A DNA stretch of 64,000 nucleotides from Schmidtea polychroa. Lineage: Eukaryota. The translations under genes were made by a program, and so were the position numbers. Below, one piece after another: positions 51,603-63,570 of this stretch (its first letter is position 1; the number at the start of each line of letters is the position of its first letter). The stretch spans positions 15,004,001 through 15,068,000 of the forward strand of contig CM097886.1 of NCBI GenBank assembly GCA_044892525.1. The letters run 5' to 3'. Under the pieces are notes generated by a model. The model ran no database searches and was not told where the DNA came from. It saw nothing but the letters and a program-made list of their open reading frames with translations.

Positions 51603-51738
51603 TTTTTTTCATCTGTTCTTAATGATTTTAATTTTCTGATTAACAGTTGATTTCTTCTTAATTAAACTAAATTTTTTTCAGCTGTTCTTAATAATTTTAA
51701 TATTCTGATTAACAGTTGATTTCTTTTTAATTAAATAA
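51603..51738 (+). repeat. Tandem duplication (two copies of about 68 bp)
   Basis: tttttttca(t/g)ctgttcttaat..tttaat..tctgattaacagttgatttctt..taattaaa repeated twice. Confidence 0.7.
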
Positions 51739-51752
51739 TTTTCCAATTTTTA

Positions 51753-53870
51753 CAGTGGCGTAACTAGGGTCTGGCGCCCGGGGCGAGTCAAAATTTTTCG
51801 CCCCCAACCTCAATTAATTAGATTTTTTAAATAAAGAAAATACTAATAGTTGGTTGTGATTACTGAAGATATCAGAAAGACATAATAACTTCATATAAAA
51901 TTAAATATACATTAGAGAAAAATTTCTTTTAAATTTTATTATATTTCATCTTATTTATATTACAAGTTAATTCTCCTTGATTTTACTGATGCAAATTTAT
52001 CAATTACTTCATCAAAATTAAATTTTTCCGTTGCCTTACGTTCTATACTTAATAATGCGAGATCACTCAGCCTATCTTGTCCCATTAATGCTCTTAAATA
52101 AGATAAAATTAATTTAAGCTTACTGAATGAACGTTCACAACTGGCAATCGAGATTCCAATTGTAAGTAGAATTTGAAGAGACGTTCTCAAACTGGGGAAA
52201 ATATCATCTCCATATGACACAATAAATTTTAGAAGATCCAATGAATTTGTTGGTTGTGTATCTTTTCCGCTCATCAAAAGCATTCTGCAATCTATAATGT
52301 CATTAAACAACTCTTCACCACTAACATCAGTATTATAGAATTTACTAAAATATGTGCAACTTTCTTTTAAGCCCTCAACACTCTCATTACGTAAAAGATT
52401 TTTAACATATAATAAAAATCCAAATTTTGAATTTAAATTGTTAAGAGCTTCAAATCGACTGTTCATTTCTTGTATTAATATTTCAATGATGCTTTTTAAC
52501 ACACTATCAGAAGCTTGTTCTCCTATCCTTTTTTTACTCGACGAATTCTTCTCATAATTTGAATGTCCCATTCTGTACATTTTTCTTGAGCAAATTCTAT
52601 AGCAGCAGTACATAAATTTTTACGCGTTTCAATTAAAGTTTCTTTAAGTCCATCTAAATCAAGCGCTGCGTCAAAAAATTCATTTTCGGATCTTGTAATC
52701 TTTTTTGAACTCGATCAATTTTGTTCAAAACATTATGCCAAAAATGAATCAAACCAAGAAAATTAAAATTTAAAAAATTTTGTAAAATGATTTGGGCTTC
52801 GCTTCTTGATTCTGTTGTTTGATTGGAGTCTTCAGAAAGTTCTTCAAGAAAATCAATGATTTCATTGAGTTGCAAAAAAATTACTTTTACAGCTTCAGAT
52901 CTTGCACTCCATGTTGTGGTTGTTTCACATTTCCAAGATAATTGTACAGCATCTTTTAATTTTTGTAGTCGTAAAGTAGAACGTGAAAAAAAGCAAAAAT
53001 TTTCTCAACAGAGCCAAAAAATGTCATTACAATTGGATCAGTTGCAGCTGAATGTAGTCCAGCCAGATTAAGGCTATGATTGTCGCAATTTATAAATAAA
53101 GCGCGATGATTCAAATAACAAATTCTCTTTTGAAGACCAGGAATACGCCCTTTCATAACTGCTGCGTTATCGTAGCATTGAGAACGACAATTTGAGATAT
53201 CTAAATTATCCAATTTTAATGAATTAATAATTGTCATTTCAAGTGTTTCAGCATCTTTTGCTTTTAGTTCTATAAATCCAAGAAATGTTTCTTTAATTTC
53301 AACATTTTATTTTCAAAATCAATGTCGATATAACGAATTACTTTTGCTAATTGTTCACGATGTTGTAAATCAGGAGTGGAATCAAAGAGCATCCCAAAAT
53401 ATTTATTTTTTCTAATATTGTTGAGCAAATCATTCTTCACTGTCATCGCAAGTAATGAAATCAATTCATTTTGAATAGCTGGTGATAAATAAGATGGAGA
53501 TCCAAGATTCTTGCGACAATTCTGTAAATGCGATGATAAAACTATTTCATATTTAGACAATAATTCAACCAGACTGAAAAAATTTCCTTAATTGTGCATG
53601 TTTGCATCACTTAATGTTTCAATATGCCCTCGTAATCCTAAATTTTGAAATGCCAGATATTGAATGCACGATAAAAAGCGTTTTAATATATCTCTCAATC
53701 GATTTCGTTCTGACTGAATTTGTTGCTCTAAATTCACATCAATTACAACACATTCATTTAAGCTTCATTCAGTTTCCTAAGGCTAATGTATGTATATATC
53801 AGTTATTAGCAAAGGCGTCTTTAGAAATTTGTCGCCCCTGTGCTATAAACTATAATGCGCCCCTAAAAAC
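51753..53870 (-). mobile_element. Degenerate ZMYM1/Tip100-like hAT, only the 3' terminus recognised
   Basis: Terminus CAGTGGCGTAACTAG at 51753. Fragments LGLRGH, LFDSTPD, SQCYDNAAVMKG, CDNHSLNL, SETTTTWSA and SIASCERSFSKLKLI...RLSDLALLSIE. Confidence 0.88.
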
Positions 53871-54648
53871 AATTTTTACAAAAATATATTATGTTTATTA
53901 ATAATATTACACATTATTGCATATACATATATTAATATTATATATTACATCATTTTATTTCAATGACTAGGATGTTTTATGTTTTTCCTAGGAAAAATAA
54001 AATTTTTGTTCCGGTATACAAAATTGAAAATGTTATAAAAAAAAGCTTACTATGTGGTATTTTAGTATTAATTTATTTTTTCTTTTTAATATATACTGAC
54101 AGCTGTATATTTATTAGAATTTCATTTCTGCTTATTGAATATCAAGACAGAGAATTTGCCTTTAATTAGAAAAGATTTTTACTTAATTAAAAATTTGTCT
54201 TTTTATTATCATTATTAATTTATTTAAAATATTTTCCCCCTATATTAAAATGTTAAATGTATTACTAAAGAATTATATTAAAATCACACATGTACGCTGA
54301 CTAAAAGAATAATCAGAATAAAAATAAAGCATACCCAAAATAAATAAATTACTTCATGCAGTATTTACAATCATTCAAAATATAACACTGTGAAATAAAA
54401 TACAGAATATAATAATAAATATATAGCATAATCAATAATAAAATAGCCAATTGTTAATATAGCATGTTCTATACAAGATGGATTGATTGATTTTGACTCG
54501 GATCTATCGCCTATCTTCGACACATACATTAACACTATATTTTCTGGGCCCCGTCCTGTATGTGAATGTGGTGATGGGCCTACCCTCATCATCCAACACA
54601 ATGTTATATGAAAAGATTTGACTTGCCAATTAATGGAAATAGTTTTTT

Positions 54649-55009
54649 CCCCTTGAAAATCTGAGGGAGCAGTTACAAATTTCGTTTCAAGCCGTACCGA
54701 TATCCGCAGCAGGCCTCCAAGGCGAGCAGCCTATAGTCTTAGAACAATTTAGGTAAGGGAAGTCGGCAAATTAGATCCGTACCTTCGGTAAAAGGATTGG
54801 CTTTAGGGACCGGGTATGATGAGCTTAATCAAGAAGTCGATTGAATTGGAATTGGGCTGTTTTGATTCTGTTTGGGGCAACCTGAGATGGAGTTGAAATG
54901 GAATTTCTTCGACTTGATTGATGGGCGGATTAGGCTATGATTTGTGAGTTTTCGGATTCATGGTCGTCATTGTGCAATTAACGGTCAACCTAGAACTGGC
55001 ATGGACTAA

Positions 55010-55043
<34 letters not shown>

Positions 55044-55074
55044 CGATGGCTGGTGAACGACTTTGACACAATGT
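54649..55074 (+). rRNA. Dispersed, diverged 28S (LSU) rRNA gene fragment
   Basis: CCCTTGAAAATC, GCCGTACCGATATCCGCAGCAGG, GTAAGGGAAGTCGGCAAATTAGATCCGTA and AGAACTGGC...GGAATCCGACTGTCTAATTAAAACAAAGCATTGCGATGG are conserved eukaryotic LSU segments. Only 426 bp long, with substitutions at normally conserved sites. Confidence 0.92.
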
Positions 55075-55273
55075 AAAAAAAATTAAAGTTTATTTTAATA
55101 CAATAAAATCCTATATAATAGGAATTACAACAATTAAAAAGAGCTGGTGCTCAATCTTTCTTCTTTTATAATTTTTATTTGATAATAGGCATCTTAAGCT
55201 ATAAAGTTTAAAATCGTAGATATAAGTGTAGTATAATAAATTGCTGGTATGTTCCCTTAAAATGTGATAACTT
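55075..55273 (-). mobile_element. Short 5'-truncated copy of the RLE retroelement 3' end, inverted
   Basis: The reverse complement matches 56670-56850 (last ORF codons, 3' UTR, T-rich tail) with about 10 substitutions and one indel of about 20 bp. Confidence 0.88.
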
Positions 55274-56850
55274 CCTCTAATTAATGAAGAAAACCTATAT
55301 ACCTATCTTGGAGTAGATATAGATATGAAAAGAAGCTACGACATCGATAAAAAACTAAATGAAGCTTTAATGGATACAAAGGATATAATGGAAAGTAATT
55401 TACATCCATCACAGAAGCTATATGCATATAAGATATTTATTTATTCAAGACTTATCTTTTGTTTCAGATACTGTATCCTAAACCATATGGTTTTAAACAC
55501 TGATAGGAATAGATCTGTGCAAATGAGAGATAAACAACTTGGATATGATCAGAAAATAAAAATAATGCTAAAAGATATGGTCAAGGATAAATTTCAAAAC
55601 ATGAATAATTACATTTATGCCAGTTGTAAATATGGAGGATTAGGAATAACCCAAGCTATGAATGAATACCTGATTCAAAGTGTGGTTCACTTTTTGAGAA
55701 TGCTCAATTCTAAAGACATTGACTTTAAGAATATGATTATAAATGAATTAATATGCTCCAGATGAAACGGATCATGTATTGATATTGCGATCAAATGGAT
55801 GAATAGGGAAACTACAGTAACTGGTATGAAATAATCCATTTTGCTCAAATTTAGAAAATCAGTTGAACGAATAAAAGAAAAATTCAGCATCTTGATACGT
55901 CTAAAGATTCTTGATGATGAATTCGTCTTGGAAATAAAATATGAAGAAAGATTAAGAATTATGAATAAAGATAATATGGAAGAAACTTGCTCAGAAATAC
56001 ATGACCTCATGAGCTTGATATACGTAGAAAGATGGCAAATTATGGTCTGCCAGGAACATATTGCAAAACGTCGGTGAAAGTAACTATGCGTCAACCTTCA
56101 TATAATCTGACTGCCTGACAGATCCACAATTTTATTTTTTGATTAAGGCTAGAAATGATATGCTGAACCTGAAATATAGCCCATTCAGACTAAAAGAAAA
56201 TCTAGATATTATGTGTAGACACTGCAAAATAATTGCAGAAACGAAGGCGCACATATTTAATCATTGTACTGAAAAAATAAATGCCAGAAGATTAAAACAT
56301 TCAAATGTCCTAAAAGTTGTTGGTGAATTTTTTATGTCAATAGGTATAAATGTGGATATCGAAACCTCTCCCATTGGAATTGAAGCCACACTAAAGCCTG
56401 ATTTATTAATCAAACCACAGAAAAAAGCTATTTCATATTATCGATTTAAAAGTACCATATGAAGATAATGAAAATTTCAAAAATGCAAGAAAGAAAAACT
56501 TTGAAAAGTATCAACATATTGCCTCACAGATTGGTAAATTAAATTGATGTCTAACAGTGGTCTCTGCACTAGTAGTGGGAACACTTGGCTCATGGGATCG
56601 AGAAAATGACTATATTGGTAAAGATAGGCTTATCAAAACAGGAAACTAAATGCCTTGCCGAATTATATCAAGTTATCACATTTTCAGGGAACATACCAGC
56701 AATTAATTATACTACACTTATATCTACAATTTTAAGCTCTATAGCTTAAGATGCCTATTATCAGATAAAAATTATAAAAGAAGAAAGATTGTTGTATTTC
56801 CTATTATATAGGATTTTATTGTATTAAAATAAACTTTAATTTATTTTTTT
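55274..56850 (+). mobile_element. 5'-truncated RLE-type non-LTR retrotransposon (NeSL/R5/Utopia-like)
   Basis: RT end YTYLGV, thumb YASCKYGGLGI, CCHC knuckle CRHC....ETKAHIFNHC, RLE motifs LKPDLL / IIDLKVPYE / EKY / VVGTLGSWDREND, and C-terminal SSYHIFREH with stop at 56704-56706. Several frameshifts. Confidence 0.9.
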
Positions 56851-58290
56851 ATCGGTACGTAGACGAAGAAAACAATATATAAATGTTTTGGATTAAATCG
56901 AAATAATAAACAGCTGCCGAACAAGTCTCCTCAGCGATTTCCAATTAAATTTAGGGAGTGACTTGAACATGGAATAAAAGTGGCAGATTGGTTTAAATTC
57001 TTAATTCCAGCTTGTAAACCATTATACTTGCCAGCCATTCTGGCTGCATTGTCGTAACTTTGCCCACCGCAATTTTTTAGATCCTATGACAAATTTATTA
57101 ACATTTTAATAATAGATTCTTCAAAATATTTGGACTCGTGACTCTTAATTTCCAAAAAGCCAAAATATCGTTCTTTTGCACATTCCTCTTTGTCAACGTA
57201 TCTTAATATAAACGTTAATTGATCTATGTGTCTTACGTCTGGCGTAGAATCAACAATCATTGAATAGTACATAGCTTCTTGAACCTCTGAAATTATTTTC
57301 TCTTCCTATCAAATTAATAAATTCAACACATGTCGTGTGAGATAAATAATTAACCCTGTAACTTCCAACATTACCATATCTCTCTATGTGATTCTTAAGA
57401 AAATCGTCAAACTGGGCCAAATATTCTATGCATGTTATAAAATTTCCTTTTCTATGTGAGTCAACACCTTCTCGGTGTCCTCGAAATGCTATACCCAAAC
57501 TAGCTAGCAATTTGATTGTTGCCACAATTCTTTCAAAACTTCTCGCCAATATTTTTGTTCAGCTTCAATTTGTTGAACTAATAAGGAATCAACGCGTCCA
57601 GTTGTTAATAATCTTTTTTTAACGTTAACATTGAAGAAAAGTGGTCTTTAGACAATTCATGTTCTTTTAATGCACGATTAATATTTTTCCAGTCATTAAA
57701 ACCAGTTGTAAATGTATTATTAGAACGTATAAAAAGTTTACAAATATAACTGTAACACATTTACTTTTTTCTGAAAAAACTAACCACTCGCGAAATTCTT
57801 TTCTGCCGTTTCCTTTAACACAATAAAAATTATTATTTGAATTATTTCTAAAATAGCTTCTATCTTTATGATGATATTTAACTTTTAAATTCATTATATC
57901 CCCGATATAATACAAGGTTTGTTAAGTAAATAATTGCTGGTCATTTTTTCTGATATTGTCAATGGCCATAGAGCAATATCTTTGGGGAATTCATTTTCGC
58001 TCTCTATTTTTTCACTATCGCCTGGTCCTTCCTCTTTCTTATTTACATTTTCGGAATTTTCTCTTGTTTCTGTTATAACCTGTTGAGCATATTCTTTCGA
58101 GCAGTGTGGCTCTTCAACTTCCTTTGTTTCCGAATCTTTATTTGTTTTGTTGTCTGTTGTTAAAAATTTTAACATCGCTTTTTTTGATTGCGTAATATTA
58201 ATTCCTGTCGTTTTCATTTGTTTTTTTTTGCCCCAGGCATGTATGTTCGTTTCATGGCTATAATAAAATAAAAAATATAAATACATAACC
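56851..58290 (-). mobile_element. ZMYM1-like hAT transposase pseudogene, 5' half, cut at the RLE junction
   Basis: FPKDIALWP, EWLVFSEK, LGIAFRGH, KGNFI, MIVDSTPDVRHIDQL, GQSYDNAARM and CSSHSLNL. It reads FSSSTYR right up to 56851. Confidence 0.88.
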
Positions 58291-58920
58291 CTTTAACCGG
58301 GTGGGTTAAAATAAACCAATACTCTTATGATGTCAACCTAAGCTTTTAAAGTACACAAAACTCAAAAATATTAAATTTCGAATATTCGATGCAAAAACAA
58401 TCTTACTTTTACTACCCCCTCACTCCCCACTGGGGAATCCCCAGCAACCTAAACAATCAATCTAAGCTTTATTATCAATAAATAATAAACAATTAGGAGG
58501 ATGGGTAAATTAATAGGTTTTTTTTGGGTCTTAATTTTTTTATTTTATCTCTTAATTTAAAATGTAAAAAAAGAAAAAGAGAATGAATTGTTACTATTTT
58601 AAAACACAAGTTAATCCAAAAAAATATAATCCAAAATACCGCTTTATTCTTAACTATTTTTTGAATGTTTATCTGTTTATTAAAAGGAAATGATTTTTTA
58701 AAATAATAAATAAAAAGATATCAAATAAAAAATATATAATAATTTAATTTGTTAAATAAGAAATTAAATAAACTCTTCTACTAAAACCATACATTGCTTC
58801 ATATATAAATAAAACACAAATAATTTTTTTAATTATGAAATTACTTGCAACCTTTATCTTTAGACAGAACCCATTTTTTTAAATGTGCTTATATTTAATT
58901 TTTAGATATATATTTATTGA

Positions 58921-58950
58921 TATATTTATATATATATATATATATATATA
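58921..58950. repeat. (AT)n microsatellite
   Basis: About 11 perfect TA units. Confidence 0.75.
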
Positions 58951-59916
58951 AACAATCTAAATTTGCTCTAAAAAGTTTTGTATTTATATATTTAATTACA
59001 TTGTTAATTACATAAGTTAACTGCTATGTTTATTCCACTTGTGTTTTTTTATTTTTTGTATTAATTTATTTTTTTACCTTTTAAATTATGGGTTAAAATC
59101 AGGTGTGTGGAGTCGTAATAAAAAGTACCAAATCCGACTCTGACTCCAACTCCGACTCAAAAGCTAAATGAATATGTACATATTTATAAACATGGTGACA
59201 ATTAATAATTAATAGAAATGAATCAACATAATATAACATTTTATTTATTTTTATCAATTATTTTAATAATAAACAAAACTTTATAAAATAACAAAATTAA
59301 AAAAAAATTAATCTGCATTATTTGTCCTTAGAAATAAAATAAGCTTCAATAATATCCGGCTTCATTGATGCTCTCGAATTGGATCTGATGATTCTGAGTG
59401 GAGAAAATAACCGTTCTACGGAGACTTGTGTCGGCGGCAATGCAGTCGCGTTCAGAGCAGCCTCTTGAATAATCCCATGGTATCTATAATTTGCATCGTT
59501 TACTGCTAAATTTGAAGAACGGTCAAATTTCTCTACCTCTTTTAAAGCTTGGTAAAAGTCTATTTTAAATTTACCTAAGATTGTTGTAGTTTTCCTATAC
59601 TATCTAACCCTAAGCAACGACGCTTGGACTGCTCTTGCTCGTCCAAATATTTTTCAAAATCATCTTCTACAACGGCCCCAGGAATTAGATTTGATGAATA
59701 TGAAGATGTAGCAATACGTTGTTCATCTTGCAAATGGCTAATTCATACAAAGCATCTTTAGCTCTAATTTGACGTACTCCGGTAAGTAACACTCGGACCA
59801 TAGGATCAACGTAGATACCCGCTCGTAAGATATCCTAATTTCTGTGTATATCAATATGGCATCAAGTTTTGGTGCTCTGCAAGAAACCACAACACTCCGT
59901 ATTTTTGCAATTAGTC

Positions 59917-60957
59917 TGTTAGGTTCGATGGGTATGTCTTCGAACTAACACAAAAATGTTCTATCTGACTCCAAGTAAATAATTTATGCGCGTAGGTAAT
60001 CAAATAAATAAATAAGAGATATGTTTCAAATATTTATTTTCAATTAAAAGTTAGTTACACGTTTAAATATGTATAAATATAGTTACACCACGCTGCTTTC
60101 TCTAAGTATAGAAAACGGTTATTCAAACCGCCCTGAAGAGTGTTACTAAGTATCAAGGCTGGCCCTAAATGCGCCAACAGCCCGATATAGGTGAAAGGAA
60201 AAGAGAACGGGACAATCACCAAAATTTACGCTATAGAATTAACCCAGAAATTGGTTAATTCTTTTTAATAAATATTACTAACGAGACAACACAAAATTCG
60301 TGCTGACGTCAGGATATCCCCTAAATTTATTTAAAGCAAATAAATCCTTTATAAATACCTTTACAATTATCCAAATATTAATAATTAAAATATTGATAAA
60401 ACTAACTGATATTCCTTAAATAGTACTGAAGAGAGTTTTAATAATTATTCCACAAATTAACTATCGATTTGATATTTCCAATAATTATCACGATTTCTGT
60501 AATCCAACTGTCTATGTGCACAGAAATAAATTCCCAAAAATTTACGAAACTAATTTTCTTTCAATCGATACGATTCTTATCACTTGACGAAACTTGATCG
60601 TTACTATAAATATAATTGGTTCCTAATTTTAGTCACTGCGGTTTTTTCTCACTCCTATCTTCGTCCCTTCATCTAATTTTTTATCTGCTATTTATACCAA
60701 TTTATTTTACGTAATTCTATTAATAGTAATTGTTTAATTACTATTTTTTTTTATATATTTCAAATAATTCCTACAATTCTATTTTTAGTAATTATTTATT
60801 ACTAATTATGTTTTAATTTTAATTTTAGTATTTAATTTCTATTTTTGGTAATTTTAAAATACTATTTTTATTTTAATCCTAATTTTGGTAATTAATTATT
60901 ATTTTATTTATTATCTAATTTCGAACGTTTATTTCCGGTTCCTACTGAACCCCAACA
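59917..60957 (-). mobile_element. TGTT...AACA insertion E3 (1041 bp)
   Basis: Ends TGTTAGGTTC / GAACCCCAACA and perfect TSD AGTC (59913-59916 and 60958-60961). A-rich 5' tract on the minus strand. Removing it restores the hAT frame HASRLIAKIRSVV. Confidence 0.85.
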
Positions 60958-61267
60958 AGTCGACTAGCATGATATTCTCCCAAGCTATCACGAATTGCGA
61001 GTTGCAATGTATGCACAGCGCAGCGCATGTGGTGTATCTGGAAAATATCTAAAGCATTATCCACAAATCCATCTAAATTAAAATTATCATTAATTTCTTC
61101 TGAATCTTCATTTTCATACAAATTAAATGCTGCTACATCTTCATTAAGCTTCTTTACAGTGCTGAGCATATTGATGGCATTATCGGTCACAATGCATAAT
61201 ATTTGTTCCTTATTGTTACAAAATTCTGTAAGAACATTCATAACTAGTTCTTGCAAGTAACTGCTTG

Positions 61268-62732
61268 TGGTGGGTTACTGATGATCAAGTATTTTGCTTT
61301 TTAGTGCTGTTTCCAGCGTAACCCAAGATACAGCATTGTCTTACCACTTGATACCTGTTGAGTAATTAACGTTGGTACTGTATCAAGCGGGTGAGCACTA
61401 TAATTGTCGGGTACTCTGGTCCACGGACTACCGTTAGAAGGTATGTGTCCGATTTAATCAGGTCCCTTACTGTAATTGTTTTCCCAAACACCCTTATACA
61501 AGCTTTCATCAAATGATCATAAGTCACAGTAGCACATACGTTAATTTATTAAAACCCTAAGGTGCTGGAGTAGATTTTGTTTTTTCTGGCTTCTCTTGTT
61601 CTGCCAACCAGGCTCTCTTCAATTTTTCGCGGGTGTTTCGCCCTAACCGTTTGCGCTTCGGTTTAATTGGTGGATATATTTCGGCCAGCTCTATGTGCAA
61701 TAAGCGAATCTGAGCTGCGGTAGTCTCATTGATGAATTTCTGGTTCAACTTGACTTCCATCGTGCGGATCTGCATCTTTAGCGCACGGATTTCCCTTTGA
61801 TCCTGCTTTGTCTGGGTCTGGAGTTGTAAGATCTGGGCCGTCCGTTTTTTCATCTCAGCCTGACTATATCAAGTACTTTCGAATTCGCGGCACTTTCCTT
61901 TGAGTATAGCATTGAGAATAAAAAAAATTATTGAGTTAAACATAGATTATAACACATAAAACAAATATAAATCAAAGAACGCTTACTATTATTCCGAAGT
62001 TTTTCAGGTAGGTTTTACAGCAAAATAAAATTTGGCATAAAGTGTTTTTGTGATTAAAATGCGTTGGTATATATACCTATTTTTGTATGTGCAATTACAC
62101 GTGTATGTGTTGATGTATTAAAACAAACTCGAATTCTTTTTTAGAATTTTCTATTTTCAAATTTTGATGATTTTAATGGCAATTTTAGTGCCATAATTTT
62201 TATTTTTAAATTTTTATTCTTTAATTATTTTTTGTTAAATTTTCCTCCACGATGGATTTGGGCAATTCCAGAACATTCTACATTAAATTAAAGTTACTTA
62301 TTATTTTAATATTGTTTTGTCTAAATTCTTTTTTCAAATTTTTATTTCTAAAACTAATTTATTTATTTTTATTAAATTTTGCTGATTTACATGGCTTTTA
62401 TGATGAATGTCACCATTTTTATGAACTGTTCTGGAATTTCATCTAGAATTTAGTATTTTACTATCTTTCGGTGTCATTGGAGTCTGTTTTTTGTAATTTT
62501 ATGTTTCTCTGTCGTATTTGAGTTAGTTTTCTTGCAATACTTCTTGCATTTGTGAGATTTTATTTAATTTCAGTGTTTTTATTTTCTGTTGTGTTTTCTT
62601 AATTAATATTGTTTATTTGGTGTTTTGATTTTTATATTTAGCTAAACTTATTGCTAAGCATGTGTGCTATGTACCAACACATTTCGGTCACAAAATAAAG
62701 TTTTGGGTCTAGAAATCAGTTCTAGCCCAACA
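61268..62732 (-). mobile_element. TG(G/T)TGGG...CCCAACA insertion E4 (1465 bp)
   Basis: Ends TGGTGGGTTA / TAGCCCAACA and TSD CTTG/CTCG (61264-61267 and 62733-62736). Removing it restores the hAT frame EAHDTSSYLQELV. Its first 12 nt (TGTTGGGCTAGA, minus strand) are identical to E1. Confidence 0.85.
61557..61910 (-). pseudogene. Decayed, internally shortened homologue of the E2 orphan ORF
   Basis: LKGKCREFEST*YSQAEMKKRTAQILQL aligns without gaps to E2 LKKRIDLYEGTWFSPPQMKEERSKILRL. The KRKR..R motif is shared, and AATAAA follows the stop. Confidence 0.65.
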
Positions 62733-63471
62733 CTCGTATCATGCGCTTCAGTATTTCGTTCCGCCAAAGTTCGTCTAACAACTTTTTTTGTCATCAAGGA
62801 ACTGGACGTTAATTGCGACATAATTATGGCTGTGATGGGTACATCCGTCCATCTTCAAAAAAAGAAACCGGCCACTTAAAAAATGTGTGAGCATATCCTT
62901 CTGCTGTTTTGCCTCTTCTACCAAATTTTTAATATTACTTTCTAAAGAAATGCCAAATTCTTGAGCCATTTCGTCATTTAAAGTGACAAAAGCAGAAGAG
63001 AAAAACGCTAACGGTAAATAATTTGAAACCACCATTTCGATGATGCAGCTCCTGAATTTTTCAGCAGTCATAGCCACAGTAATATATTCAGACTTAAAAA
63101 ATTTGATTACAGATGCTTGACATGAAGAACTTGGTGTACGTTCAACTTAACGTTCACACGTCTGCTTATCCTTTTCATTAACAGTTTTGAAAACATTTGG
63201 ATGATAACGTTGTAGATGTCGATTTAAATTCGATACTCTGGTCTGGGAACACTAGTTCCTTCTCCAGAATATGCACTGATATTGACACCACATTTTTCTT
63301 TCTCACCATTTTTTGTCACTTGGCATATGTAAAACTTATCATCAACAGTGACTAAGATATATTCATAAACTGACGATCTCTGCTTTTGCTGCCTATTCTT
63401 ATCCATGGTCAAGTTGTTAATCGCTGTTTCAAATAAATAAATTTATTAGTTGATGAAAAAGTGTATATTGG

Positions 63472-63570
63472 TAGGGTGATCATCTGCTGGTATTTTCAAG
63501 GGACAATCCTGTATTTTCATCAAATGTCCCGTGTCCCGCTTTGGGCAAAATTTGTCCAGTATTTTTCAAA
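63472..63570 (+). mobile_element. Possible hAT-type MITE terminus
   Basis: TAGGGTGATCAT...GGGACA...TGTCCCGTGTCCCG resembles common hAT subterminal GGGACA/TGTCCC repeats. No partner end seen. Confidence 0.3.

Larger units (their letters stand above)
59100..63430 (-). mobile_element. Degenerate BED-finger hAT interrupted by insertions E3 and E4
   Basis: 3' terminus CAGGTGTGTGGAGTCG with CCGACT subterminal repeats. BED finger (SSVYEY..CQV..CG..NLNRHLQRYHP), FLKMDGCT, IVTDNAINM, CAVHTLQLAIRD and LPPTQVSVERLFS. Confidence 0.88.

Noticed and set aside
55075-56850. DNA transposon with ~190-bp TIRs that captured an RT fragment
   Set aside because: The inverted repeat includes the last codons of the RLE ORF itself, and there is no TSD or transposase.
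61270-61330. Hammerhead ribozyme at GGGTTACTGATGA...TAACCC
   Set aside because: CTGATGA and a closing stem are present, but no GAAA follows stem II. The same applies to CTGATGA near 31478 and 33379.
59917-62732. E3 and E4 as paired LTRs of one small retroelement
   Set aside because: Each has its own TSD, they are not near-identical, and the 310 bp between them is hAT coding sequence.
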